Source of the DNA: Octopus sinensis
Taxonomy: Eukaryota
DNA: 64,000 bases
Assembly: GCF_006345805.1 (NCBI RefSeq)
Contig: NC_042998.1
Location: forward strand, 51,522,001 to 51,586,000
Reading direction: 5' to 3'
The notes below the pieces were generated by a model. That model worked only from the letters and a program-made list of their open reading frames with translations, had not been told where the DNA came from and did no database searches. The position numbers and the translations under genes were made by a program. Within the stretch, counting starts at the first letter, position 1. Each line of letters opens with the position of its first letter. Shown here in pieces: positions 10,956 through 23,780 of this stretch.

Positions 10956-13177
10956 ATATTATGGTATTAATGGCAAATACTGGGACATTACAGCTTCATC
11001 ACAAATGACTATCTATGTATTGTTATTTTTTGGGTCCTATGTTGATCCCAGTTGTGACTTTGTTGTCTTTTTTAGGCTTAGGTGAGTGTAGGGAACTTAA
11101 TAAATTTCTTTCAATCATTTGATGTTTTTAAAAATTCTTAACAGATTATTATCAAAAAATATACTTCTGATGTATAGTTTTGCGTGTTGATGCCGGAAAA
11201 TCGCCCTCATTTTTTTTTTTTTTTCTAGAAATTAATAAAGTCAGTCCTCACGAATGTAATCTTTTATTGAATTCATGACACTCAAAACACGAATTGAGCA
11301 CAACAGATCGATATCAAATGTACTTTCTTTTCTCTTATGATAACACTGTAAACAAAGTTTGGTGATGGAGAACAGAAAAAGGCAGTAACCATTTCTATAT
11401 GATTTCGATAAAAATACATCCGTGGAGATTGACTTTAATTTAAATGTTATGAAAACCACTCAAGAAATGGAAATAACTTGGGCCTGCCACAAGCGAGGAA
11501 ATAAACGGTATTGTGTCAAAATGTTTCGTCCTGTTTGTTTTTTAGATGTTATAGGTAGTTTAAGGAAGCTTTGGTTGCTATTTGTAGCAGGCTGGGAATC
11601 CACGTAAAGATTTCGTGTGTGCTGATCTCCATTGCTATGGAGATCAACGCAGACGATACGTCAACAACGAAGATTTACAATTGCCCAAAATTACATAATT
11701 TTAAATGCTTGTAACTTTTAGTCTCTGTGGTATCGGTGGGGGGTTGGAATAACAATTTTTGTTATTATCAAGCAAAATTACATTTTTTGAAAAGGATAAT
11801 CAGGTGAACATTTGAAAAACTTCAGGTTGTTGGAAGAAATGTAATAAGATCGGAGTATAGGACTACCTTAACTAAAAGTTCCCTTCCTTTTTGAAAATGG
11901 TAGAAAATGATCTGAGAAAACTGTAGCTTCTATTTTTAGCCAGTTCATCAGTCAAGTATTTGGCGCTTTTGTTGACCCAAGTTACTAGACAACAGGTGTC
12001 AGAAATTACAAGGGAAGTAACTTTTCCTCACTTCAATGTAAGAGTTATCTCCACTGAAATTCCGAAATTTTAAAATAACTTTTGCTCAATTGATTTTTTT
12101 TTAAAAAACTAATTTTTTTCTTTTTAATATCCTTTCGAGATGACTTAAATAAAGTTGAGTAATACACCAGAAACGCATCAGTCAACCGTAGAATGTAACT
12201 GGCCTCACAAATTTAATATTAAGCCATCGTATTTTTGTGAAAGTCATGGAAAATTTATCCAAAGGACTGAGTGACAATTCACAAACCAAACGATGTTGTA
12301 AATTTATTAAAACAGGCTTGCAAAAATGCGAGAAGTAATTCTGACATCAGTTATTTGAAAAAGCATTTTAGGAAGAAGAAAAACTCATTGATTATGTTGC
12401 CATCAAAAAAATTCTAGAAACTTTCGAGAGAACTTGAAATAAATAATTTTTTTAGAACATTGGATCTCGAAGCAGAGAAGTTATATATTATCAGCATCCG
12501 TTCGCACTGCTTTCACATGTTCCCATGATTTTCTGTTACCATTCAATTCTATTAATTTGAATTGGGTGATTGGGTCAGAATAAATCTTTCATTTGCTGAT
12601 TACACAACCATGGATGCTACCCCTGTAGATGCTTTGCAGTTACTCTCCTGATAGAGCTTGGTGATCCTGACAGTTGATGTTCTAAGATTCTTCTGCTCAG
12701 CATCAGTGTAAGCATCAGTGTAAGTTGGGTACTTTGAAATATATTTGTAGCAATGACAAAAAAAGAAATCCTAACTTAAGATGGGTGATTTCCTTTGATT
12801 GGGATCATGGAGCAAATTCGGATTATCACTCTTAAACTATAATTTGTTCCCAGCAATTTTGGAACAATTGGTTAGTCCACTTGAAGGCGCTTCTAATTAT
12901 ATAACTATTGTTTTGTTTCCACTACAACAATAGAACAGTTACCTTTTCGCCTGCGACTAGCATATTTCATGATACGCCATGTTTGATCCATAACAGTTGC
13001 ACTGTATTTTGTGTATGTGCATGTTCAATACACTAAGTTTACTCTGTTCAAAGATGTTTTCTGCATTTTAGCAACACCAGCATTTTGTATGTAAACATCC
13101 CGACATAAAAGGAAATTATTTATGAAACGAAATAAGCGTCTGAAATTCTTTGCTTCAGTATATGAGCCAGTGGTGTT

Positions 13178-13462
13178 ACTTCGACATGTGAAAGGCCATG
13201 ACTTCAGGAAACATTTTTTCACGCTGAGAGTTGCTGAAGCGTGGAACAAACTGCCGGCATCGGTTGTTAGTTGTCGGAGCACTGCATCCTTCAAAACTTC
13301 CATGTTTCCTGAGATTCGCCAACACTACACTTGATTTTCTCCCCTCCATACACACACAAGCATGTTCACTTTCCAGACATTTCTACACTGCTGCATGTAC
13401 TTTATATGCACTTTCTGACAAGTTGTGGTGCACCTGAGCACTGTATACAATAATTTCATTAT
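13178..13462 (+). mobile_element. CR1-group LINE 3' end
   Basis: RHVKGHDFRKHFFTLRVAEAWNKLPASVVSCRSTASFK matches the CR1/L2 ORF2 C-terminal FFxxRVxxxWNxLP motif; followed by a 3' UTR and short tail. Confidence 0.75.
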
Positions 13463-14287
13463 ATATATATATATTCAATAGCGTGTAAATATAAGGCTAA
13501 AAAAACCCTTCTCGATAGAAAAAGTCGAAGGCCTCTCACGGGCAATCTTCGACTTTTTCTATCCGAAACATTTACACGCTCAGAATCGTTAGCATGCCAG
13601 ACAAAATGCATCGTGGCATTTCTTCCGGCTTTACGTCACACTCACCAGTCGATATAATTGTAAAAGAGTGAATTTTCACTTGTAAACCCTAGCCCAGAAG
13701 CACTTCTACCATCCCACCTCACGTAGAAATGAAGAATTTACACTGATACCAATTTACCTGAGAACCCCGCTGTACTCTTTCACCACAACTTTCTCTCAGT
13801 CTAGAATGACTGAGATAAAAATTGCGAAAATACTAGCAGAAATAGACTTTTAGTGTGTTGTGAAATGTGTTGAATTGGAGTATGATTCAGGTGAAAACCG
13901 GGACACTGGACAGGATCCCTCACGTAACAAAGATTCCAAAACGCTAACGACTAAAGGTGATAGTGAAGCGTAGAATGTCTCGATGCCACTGTTGTGGAAA
14001 CACTAATCACCTAAAGCGTTCTTCAAAAAGTGACAGCTGGAAGAAACGCTCCACTACAACCAACATCATATCAACGGTGGCAACGACAACAACAACAACT
14101 TCAACACCAGCAACAAAGCCAACGCATGCAAAAGTGTGCAACCGCAGCAACAGTGGTTGCAGCTCCAGCTGCAAGAATGGAAGCAGCTCCTACTGCAACA
14201 ACAGCAACAATGAAAGCAACAGCAACAAAAATAACAAAAAGAAACGCTATCGCCAAGAGCTACCACATCACCGACAGCAGCAACATC

Positions 14288-14465
14288 AATGGCCCAGTGG
14301 TTAGGGCAGCGGACTCGCGGTCGTAAGAACGCGGTTTCGATTCCCAGACCGGGCATTATGAGTGCTTATTGAGCAAAAACACCTAAACTCCACGAGACTC
14401 CGGTGGGGGTTAGTGGTGAACCCCGCTGTACTCTTTCACAACAACTTTATCTCACTCTTTCTTTC
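14288..14465 (+). mobile_element. tRNA-headed SINE, family C
   Basis: ATGGCCCAGTGGTTAGGGCAGCGGACTCGCGG...GGTTTCGATTCCC A/B boxes; continues into non-tRNA body with no CCA end. Confidence 0.75.
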
Positions 14466-14752
14466 TACTTCTGCCACAAAGCAGAGGACCCATGGTGTAA
14501 CCCACTATGGTGTGGTAAACTTTCAGACCCTAGTCTAGATTGCGAATCCTCTGTACCCCAGGATGAGCTCTCCATCTGTTAAAAAGCCACCGTTTACGGA
14601 ATGAGGATAACAACGTAGCTTTCGCGCCCATGCAACCGCCAGTCTATTGCGTGTGGTGGGTGGATCTTCAAGTTGCCACACGTATTCTTAGTTGCTTATA
14701 GCAGGCTCGAATTAGAAATTATTCTTTGTGGCAAATGGCATGAGTCCTGATT

Positions 14753-14815
14753 GGAAGAAGAAGAAGAAGAAGAAGAAGAAGAAGAAGAAGAAGAAGAAGA
14801 AGAAAAAGAAGAAGA
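14753..14815. repeat. (GAA)n microsatellite
   Basis: Direct inspection. Confidence 0.95.
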
Positions 14816-15068
14816 TATTACCAAAGCAAAAAAAAAAAACAGAACAAACGTACATACCCCACAAGACATGCTCCTCCCCACCACAGATAACTCACACATA
14901 CTGTGTGACAAATATGACGAGAGATACACAAAATGGCAAAAGCTTCTCAAGAGAATAAATTAAAAAAAACACTATGCAAAAAACCCCAAAAAAACTGGGA
15001 GATTCGAACGAAGGGGAAAATACTTTTGAGCAATATTACTCCAACGTCACCTCCAACGGTACTATTAA

Positions 15069-15101
<33 letters not shown>

Positions 15102-15688
15102 TATCATCACCCCATCACCTCTATCACTGCCACGTGCGCCACCAACATTATGAATCTAAGCGCAACCTAATTCACACATACCTTCAGCCAGAATACCGCA
15201 CCTAACACGAACAAAAGGGGGGAAAAAATCATTAATTACACAATCAACAAAGAATGAACGAATTTCATACATCAACTGACAAATATCATTCACGCTAGTT
15301 GTATTACGCAATCCCACCTGGGGAATTTTCTTTGTTAAAATTTTATTGTTACCTGAGAGCTTTTGTATTTTTCTTTATTGTTTTTTGTTGTTCTATATCA
15401 TTTTGTTTACACATAAAATCTCACTCTCTATTTTCTGTAACTCTATACTTGTAATATCCTCGTTTTACAGTGAGCCATGGTGTCTAATAAAGAAACCATC
15501 TTCATTATTATTGTTTTGCAGTATCTCAACCGGAATTTAACGTTCTGAGTTCAAATTCAGCTAAGGTTGAATTTGCCTTCCATCCTTTCGAGGTCGATAA
15601 ATTATGTACCAGTGAAACACTGGGGTCGATGTAATCGACAAGCCCCATCCCATCAAAATTTCAGGCCTTGTGCCTTAAGCAGAAAGGA

Positions 15689-15735
<47 letters not shown>

Positions 15736-16248
15736 TTACTTTTAATCTGCATGTTTGTTACAGTCACTTGCTGAGACACACTCAGCGTCCTAGGGTGAGT
15801 GAAGGATAAGAGATGTTACAGTATGACAGGAAGCTTGGGAAGGGGAAGTGGCAGAGGCAGTAGCAAAATATCACACTGGCCATCCCATGCACGCAAACAA
15901 AACAACCACAACCACAGCAACAACAACAAACACATTAAAGAGACTAACATTGCAAACTACATGGCAATAAGCACAAAAAACAATAAATTAATGAAGTACA
16001 TAATGGCACACACAAACATAATCTCCCTACCTGCACACATACAAATCATTCAGACATAAAACACATACACACACTTAAAAGCCCGATTCCCTCAGGAAAT
16101 CGAAGATTTTCGAGGGAATGTCACCAAGAGAATTCTTGGTGATCTACTGTTGGAAACACTCCAAGCCAACAGTTGGGGCGGGCAATATGCCTCTCCAAAC
16201 AAAACCAAATAAGTTTTCTTTTTTATTTTATTTCCTTTTTCCGACAAC

Positions 16249-18450
16249 ATGGCCGTGTACAGAATAGGTAGCGTGAATGTACGTGGGCTGGGGTCGCCTT
16301 GGAAGCGGGGTCACCTGCTCAACGACCTCAGAGCACTGAATGTCGACGTGGTGGCCATTAGTAAAACCAGAATCTCTGACCCACGGGACTTCCGACATAT
16401 TTTTGGTGACTATGAGGTGTACGCATCAAGTCATCCGGGAGCGAGAAGTGGAGTTGCTGTGATGGTTCAGAAAAATCTGGATCTTGCAATAAAGTTGATC
16501 TACCTGGATCCGGAAAGTAAATCGGTGGTCCTGGACGTGACAGGCAGCAAGTGACATACTTAGGTTAGTTGCCGTCTATTCCCCGACAGGGGCAGGACGA
16601 CCAGATCTTTTCAAACATCTGGAAGCCTTCGTGGGAACGACCCGCTCTTTAGTGTTAGATTGGGATGGAGTTTTAGATGTAAGGTGGGACTGTGTAGGTT
16701 TAGCAGAAAGGAAAGTATGGTGCAAAAGCCTCGTAAACCTGCTCAGACGATTCCAACAAGTATCGACTGGATTTCCCGGATGTGCCAGTGTGGATCTGGT
16801 CAAACCGCATTGGGTCATCCAGATCGTATCTAGATAGGGTATTCTGTAAAGTAGCAGATAAGGATAGCATAGGTTGTCCACAGTTTAAAGTAGTCGACTA
16901 CACAGACCACAGTTTCGTGATCTGTAACAGTTTACTTAGGCTTCATAGTCAGGGACCCGGTTACTGGAAGCTGAACGCGTCATTACCGGCACGTAAAGAT
17001 TTCAGCGACCGGATTAGAGAACTAGTTAAGAGGGCGTTGACCGGGACAATAGAAACTATCGGCACCGCTCTTAGAGACTATGAAGTGGTTTCAGGAGCGA
17101 CGATTAAACCAGGAAAAATCAGTGGACTTGCAGCTTGGCACCCGGAGAAGCAAGTCTATGCCGTCCAACTGTGTCGTTGGGCGCTGGACGGATGGACCGG
17201 TTAAATTGCTCGGGATTGGTTCGGTCCGGACCTCCAGATGGACAAAAACTGAGATGACGTAAAGAGCAGGATGACTACTCTCACATAGAAATGGGCCGAG
17301 AGAAAGCTACCCCTGAAAGGTCAGGCAGAGGTGGTTAACGCGTATATCGTGCCCGTCATCTACTATCACTTGACCGTCGTGCCTTGTCCGAGCCACCGTC
17401 TGATTACGCTGGAGCGTATACTCCTCCGCTGCTTGTGAAAGGGACACGTCCCAATAGTCAGCGGTCTGTCTGCTGTCAATACCCGCTAGGTGGTGGCCTG
17501 AGCATACCGTGGTTGATGATGCGCAGACATGCGCTGAGGCTACGACATCTCCAGTGCTTCCTTGCAGGTGAACAGGTGTGGTCACCGTTCGCCTGACACA
17601 TTTCCACAGTTAATTTCTTAAACGGAACTGCAGTCCTGGGTAAAACAGAAACCGAGGGAGGAGCATTTGGAAAGTGGAATGTCTTAACCTTTTAGTATTC
17701 GCATTATTCTGCCAAAATTAATGCTTCTTCATCCACATTATTTTAAACTAATCATGCATTATCTTGTAGCTATGAGATTTTGATGAGGTAGCTGTTAATT
17801 TTTAAAACGATATTGTAGGGTTGGTGTGAGAGACCAGATAGGGCTAGTTTGAACATAAAACAGGTAGAATATTTTTGGCCGGATATGGCCGGCTTAAATG
17901 CTAAAGGGTTAAAGCGCTCACAGCCCTCAGCCAATCGGACAGTGCAATATGTGGAACGTCCACTTTAGTTTTTTTATAAATGGTTTGGTGGATGAAAAGT
18001 GCGACGACGTTTTGGGGAGACCTTAAGTGTCGAAGAAGATCAGCTAGCCGCTCTCTCCCAGAGAACTTTCGGCCCGGGACCGATGGGTAATTTCCAAAAA
18101 TCTCTGGTCTGGCAGTGCTATCGGGGAGCTTTGTCTGTACGAGATAAACTTTACAGGCACGGAAGTGCCATCAGCCGAGCAGGACGACGAGACGGTCCTA
18201 CATGCACTCGGCCTGTGCCCGAGCATTACTAACCTGTGGGTTTATGTCGAACGCCTGCTGTCGCGTGTGAGTAGATCCGGCTGTCAATTGAATCCATCGT
18301 GAAGATCGCCTCGCCGCTTTTCTTTAACCGGGAAGGAAAGGCTGTGTTTATATGCCTGGTGGCCATGGTGAAAAAGGTTGTATGGTGGACGGGATTGAAG
18401 GGGCTGAGGACAAACGCTTTTCTCTTTGGCCAATCCATGATGGATACCTC
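16249..18450 (+). mobile_element. Tx1/L1-clade LINE ORF2 remnant: APE endonuclease, post-RT region and CCHC C-terminus; RT core absent
   Basis: IGSVNVRGL...GVAVMV and DHSFV...GPGYWKLNASL (APE); DYEVVSGATI..KS and LLGIGSV (RT thumb); WQCYRGALSVRDKL and DETVLHAL (C-terminal knuckle region); frameshifts and stops; split by a TTAA MITE. Confidence 0.85.
17688..17908. mobile_element. piggyBac-type MITE, 221 bp, inserted in the Tx1 LINE
   Basis: TTAA TSD at 17684-17687 and 17909-17912; removing it rejoins the LINE frame KVECLKALTALSQ. Confidence 0.9.
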
Positions 18451-18507
18451 TTAATGTGTTTAAATGTACTCTGTATTTTACACACGCACACACACACACA
18501 CACGCAC

Positions 18508-18576
<69 letters not shown>

Positions 18577-18610
18577 AAGAAGCATACTCTAAAGAATAAA
18601 GCAGTTAAAA

Positions 18611-18780
18611 ATATGTCCGGTCACAGAGTGACCAATGGTTTCGCATCCATAAAGCGCTAAGCCTTATAGAAGGCTCGTCAGACTCAATGGCAGATGCATG
18701 TCCCTTTTCAAAGACCAGCCGTCTATAAGACCTAGCGCTTTATGGATGTCAAACCATTGGTTACTCTATGACCAGACATA
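18611..18780. mobile_element. Foldback PLE-type fragment (about 60-bp inverted arms)
   Basis: ATATGTCCGGTCACAGAGTGACCAATGGTTT...TTATAGA pairs with TCTATAAGA...AAACCATTGGTTACTCTATGACCAGACATAT; related decayed copy at about 8955-9025. Confidence 0.65.
18626..18685 (-). ncRNA. Hammerhead ribozyme with intact core and GUC cleavage triplet
   Basis: gagt CTGACGA gc...gc GAAA cca t tg GTC actc: stem I gagt/actc, palindromic stem III ACCATTGGT. Confidence 0.7.
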
Positions 18781-20504
18781 TTTTTAACTGCTTGTAAATA
18801 AATGTGTGTGTGCGTGACCACAATCGCTCGACAACCGGTTTTTTTCTTTTTTATGCTCTTGTAACCTAGTGGTTCGGCAAATAAGACATAGAATAAGTAT
18901 CAGACTATAAGAAATTAATACTGGGTCGATTTGTTCGACTAAATCTTTCGAGGTCGTGCTCCAGCGTGGCTGCAATCGAATGACCAAAACACGTAAACGA
19001 TAAAAGATAAAAATATGTGGTGGGTCACAACATTATATTTTTCATGCAGAAGGCGTCCCGGGAAAATTTTCTCATATCATTAATTTAAATTACTTGATCA
19101 ATGAATGTTTCCTCAAATACAAATTATGCTGAAGAGGCCTTATAAAAGTGAAACATGTCTAGAGTTGTCATCAAACTTATCAAATCCCGTACTCACACTC
19201 CATGCACCAACCCCATTTGAGTTTTTATCAATTTAAATTTCGGAATTATCTCCCTTGCCTTTTACAAGAGAGCAAACTCAAGGGCTGCTCTAGGCGGCAC
19301 ATAATATAGTTTTGCCACTGCTGGACAGAAACTGTTCGGAAGCGAACCAGATAGATCACACCTGTAATTCGTAAGTCCAACTCTGTCTTACAGCCTGCGA
19401 ATTCCACTAAAAGTTTACGCTTCTGTGGAATACTCAGCCACTGACGTGTTATTTCAACAAGAAGGCAGTTCATTTGATCAAACAGCTAAATGCTCACCAT
19501 TGAAACCGACGGAGATCCGTTTAGTTAGTCTTAAATTTATCCGGTTGGAAAACAAAGAGATATATCACAATGTGCTTCAAGTGGATATTTAAGTAGCATT
19601 TTGGGTGGCTAGAGTTTTATTTTATTTTTATTAATTGATTCATTTTGTTCTTTGTTCATTGCTTTTTTCTTTTACTTTTTGTAAGCCCTACGAAGCTGCT
19701 ATGTGTTAGTAACTCGTCTATACGCAATGACCGTCCTGTGCTTAGTTCAAAATGTCATTGACTGTCATGTGATCAGAGAATTAAACAAATACAAAAGAAA
19801 TCGCCGCCACTGAAGAAGGAAAAAAAAACACTAAATAGAAAATACATTTAAGAAAAATAAAACAAAAAAAAAGCTTTGAGTACAGTACAGTTACAGTGTA
19901 GAGTACGAGATAACCATCAGAGAAACAAGATCTGAATAGCCTGACAATATCGATTTCCAAAGTAACTGAGAACAAATAAATTCCGAGAGAACGATGTTTA
20001 AATGACATTAAACTGGAAACCACCATAATTTAGAACATGCACTTAATGTACATTAATTTTACTCTACCAAACCACAATAGCTGAGCTAATGAACTGACCA
20101 GTGCTGAAAATTTATTCTTAGATTTATTCTAATGTTTTATTCTTAAATAGAAACCATTTGGTGTTTGATTGTCGTTTATCGATCTTTCGCCTTTTCTTTC
20201 TCATCTTGCTTTCTTTCATTCCAAATACGGGTACGTCATCGATTTTCCGAAATCTTTGGTTCCAAAGCCATTCTAGATTACTGATTTTCCAAAGCAAGGA
20301 TAGTTACACCATAAATGAAACAAATGTTAAAATTTATCTAAGTTTACTTAAATAGGCGTGGCTGTATGATAAATAGTTTTCTTCTGCGTGGTACCTTAGG
20401 CAAGTGTTTTCCACTATAACCTCGGGCCGACCAAAACTTTGTTAGTGGATTTGGTTGATGGAAACTGAAAGAAGCCCGTCGTACGTACGTATGTATGTAT
20501 TCAC

Positions 20505-20838
20505 ATACATACATACATTATTATGGCTGCCCCCTCGTTATCGAGTATGGCCACTGCACGAAGCTTAACTGTTACTGGTGCTGTGATCGAATGTGACTTT
20601 TTAGCCCAGCTAAAGATCTACACTGTCTTGTACAAAATTGGCAACTAAAACCTTTACTGGTCATAGCCGGCTGTAGTTGTAACTGGGCTTCATGTACCTT
20701 TGCATGTTGTTTAAGTCCTCCTGCCGAATTACACTCTCTTCCACATGCCCGACAGATATGATTAGTATGGTGTGTTACACCACCACCAGTGGCCAGGTTG
20801 TCACTCATCTGTCTCGTTTTATGACTACGAAGATGACA
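20505..20838 (-). mobile_element. RTE-type LINE 3' end encoding two C2H2 zinc fingers
   Basis: HICRACGRECNSAGGLKQHAKVH and FSCQFCTRQCRSLAGLKSHIRSQH, then stop, short 3' UTR and simple-repeat tail, as in the RTE end at 23185. Confidence 0.65.
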
Positions 20839-20884
20839 TACATACATACATACATACATACATACATACATACATACATACATG

Positions 20885-21617
20885 TCCAAAGAAGTCACAC
20901 AACTCTACCGCAACGTATCATCAGATGAAGAGATGAGCTTATATGAACAGAGGACTATGCATGGATGTGTTAGTAGAAAGCTCCGTGATAATAGTAACAT
21001 CGATCATCAAAGCAGTTTATTATGGACCAGTAGCCGGATAGCTACTTCCCACTTCGGAGAGTATGCGTTCGAAATCCAGGAACAGGAAATATCAACCTGA
21101 TGCACAAAAGGGACAGAGATGCAAGAAAAGCAGTATGACAATGTGACAACCGATGCAGACTTTATGGAGTTCACACTGAAGATATCACCCACATATGCAG
21201 TTGTCCGAAAATGTCATCACGGTATTATCTACCGATGAGACATGACGTTGTAGCTAGGGCACTCTATAATGAAATCCGTCGGAAGGATAATCCTGAGGAC
21301 AAAGAAATAAGAACCCACAATATGGTAGAAGTCATAGCCACTCATAATAAAAATGAAGACTGGTGGAATGTCCCAATGAAGACCCTAATAAAATGTAAGC
21401 ACAACAGGCCTGACATAATGATTTGGGACGGAGAAGAGAAACTGTGCGCAATTGTGGAAATTAGCTGCCTAGCGGATGTTAACATAAAGTTGAAGATCAG
21501 TGAAAAAGAGAACACCTATGCTGAACTATTGAGAAACCTGCAGTTACTCTATCCAGATTACAAGTTCAGATTTATACCTGTAATTATTGGGCCCTGGGAT
21601 ATGTAACACACTGCCTG
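20885..21617 (+). mobile_element. R4/Dong-type (RLE) non-LTR retrotransposon fragment
   Basis: CRL...ITHICSCP knuckle, RHDVVARALY, NRPDIMIWD...IVEISC and IPVIIG restriction-like endonuclease motifs; frameshifted. Confidence 0.8.
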
Positions 21618-22000
21618 GAAGTATCCAGGGTCTATGAGGGCTCTTTGGTTACCTCGGATAGAGCCCCCACCCCACACCTTTTGAGTGAATTTTATTGTTT
21701 AATGTTTTATTGACTTTTAAAGCAGCGACTTGGCAGTATCGTTAGCGCGCCGAGCGAAGCACTTAGTGGCATTTCTGCCGTCTTTATGTTTTGAGTTCAA
21801 AATCCGCTGAGGTTGACTTTGCCTTTTATCCTTTCGGGTTCAACATACACGTAAACTACGAGCCTTGTGCCAAAATTTGAAGGTAATATCTTATCAATTG
21901 TAATTGTTTTACAGTTTACTTGTGCTACTTGTAAACCCGCTCTATCCTTTGTGCTTTATAGTCTATTTTGTATTTTGCACGGCCTTTTTTATTTTGGCCA

Positions 22001-22245
22001 ATAAAAAAGTCACAGGTAAAAAAGTCACGGAAAAAAGTCACAGGAGAAAGAGTCACGGAAAAAAAGGTCACAAGAAAAATGTCATAGAGGTTTTGTCCGA
22101 GGGTGTTTTGTCCTAAGTGGGTTTTGTTCTAGGGTGTTTTGTCCTAGGTTGGTTTTGTCCAGATCCCATAAATGAATTGTGACTTTTTTTTCCTGTAACT
22201 TTTTTTCCTAGCCAAAATTATGACTTTATTACCGGTCACCATTTC
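22001..22245 (+). repeat. Modular repeat block (AAAAGTCACAGG)n + (TTTTGTCC)n + GATCCC; left arm of an inverted pair
   Basis: Reverse-complement counterpart at 24003-24284. Confidence 0.7.
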
Positions 22246-22630
22246 TATACATTGTCAACTGCATTGTTCACTTTGTGGTAAGCCAGGAATGGTGTCGAGA
22301 ACAGAACAAGTTCCTGAAAAATATACGAAAATCATGAAGGTTCTAGTGTGTGAGTGCGCGCGCGCGTGTATGTGTGTGAGTGCGCGCGCGTGTGTATGTG
22401 TGTGCGTGTGTAGATAAATTGATGGGGAGAGAGAGTGAACTCAAGATCACATGGCTTGAAAGCAATTGTTTTACACACACAGCCACTCATGCGCCCATAA
22501 ATTAAAAAAAGTTTAAAACCATCTGATTACCCGTCTCAATCCTTATCACGAAAAATAAATGTGCGTGTGGTTTGTGTGTACATGTATGTGAGTGTGTATG
22601 TATGTAGAGGAATTAGTCTCTATTCTGTGT

Positions 22631-22751
<121 letters not shown>

Positions 22752-23184
22752 TCCATAAATTATCTTTACAACTTTCACACTTCTACATTTCAAATTGTAA
22801 AGATTATTTATGAACATCCTTTCATATTCATTACGTGAAATACTTCATGACATTTTAAAAACTAATTTTACAAGCCAACTCCCCGCCAAGCTACATCTAC
22901 AAAATAGCAAAGGAATTGTTATACAATAAACAAGATTTTAGTATTGTGTCAGTCAAAAGCATTCAAATAAACTATGACATTGACCACGTTAATATCACTG
23001 CTTTTGAAATATCGACCTCTTTATTTAAGATGTAGGACAACTAGCTTTTATATTAGCATTCTATTGTGTTATTTTGTGCGTTTGTTAGTTAGTTAGTTAG
23101 TTTGTTTGTTTTTGTTTGTTTGTTTGTTTGTGCGTGCGTGCGTGCGAGCGATCACTTCGATAGCTGACATGTGGTAAACTGTGT

Positions 23185-23490
23185 AATAATAATAATAATG
23201 TTCGTCCTTCGGGTTCGAAGATGACCATTGACATCATTTGGTGGAATTGCTGCTATGAGACCGGAGGTGGCTGGTGAGGCCAATCCGGGCAAGAAAGCCC
23301 CTCCCACAAGTGGGGCAAAAGTGGATAGGGGCTGTGCTATTGTTGCAGGTGGCTCTGGCTTTCCGCATCTGGCGTTTCTGTTCCGCTGACTGAATCCGTC
23401 TCTCCTCGGCTGTCTTTGCTCCTGTGGTGATTGCGCTGCGCCAGGATGAGCGGTCGGCAGCAAGTGTCTCCCAAGTAAACTGTGTACATG
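23185..23490 (-). mobile_element. RTE-clade LINE 3' end with one C2H2 finger and (ATT)n tail
   Basis: Manual translation: WETLAADRSSWRSAITTG...FCPTCGRGFLARIGLTSHLRSH*, then (ATT)n. Confidence 0.8.
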
Positions 23491-23604
23491 TTCGGGGAAT
23501 GTCAATTTAATGGTGGGAGCGAGCTTAATGAACAGGATATCGTGTGTGCTGGTTGTTTAGCAAGAAATAGTGGAGGCCTCAACGGTCAACAACGATAGGA
23601 GAGC

Positions 23605-23743
23605 TCACACTGTGTGTGAGAGTGAGTGAGTGAGTGTGTGTGTGTGTGTTTGTGAGTGAGTGTGTGTATGTGTGTGTGAGTGAGTGAGTGAGTGAGTGTG
23701 CGTGTATGAGTGAGTGTGTGTGTGTGTGTGTGTGAGTGAGTGA

Positions 23744-23780
<37 letters not shown>

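Noticed and set aside
12520-12720. Possible RTE endonuclease scrap on the minus strand (GVASMV, IELNGN)
   Set aside because: Too short and decayed to support as a feature.
13957-14326. Three overlapping open plus-strand frames with poly-Q/T/N
   Set aside because: A decayed CAA/CAG tract poor in T, running into a SINE head; no splice signals or domain.
14288-14350. tRNA-like sequence (also at 39258 and in family A and B heads)
   Set aside because: These are SINE heads: no complete cloverleaf, and they continue into repeat bodies.
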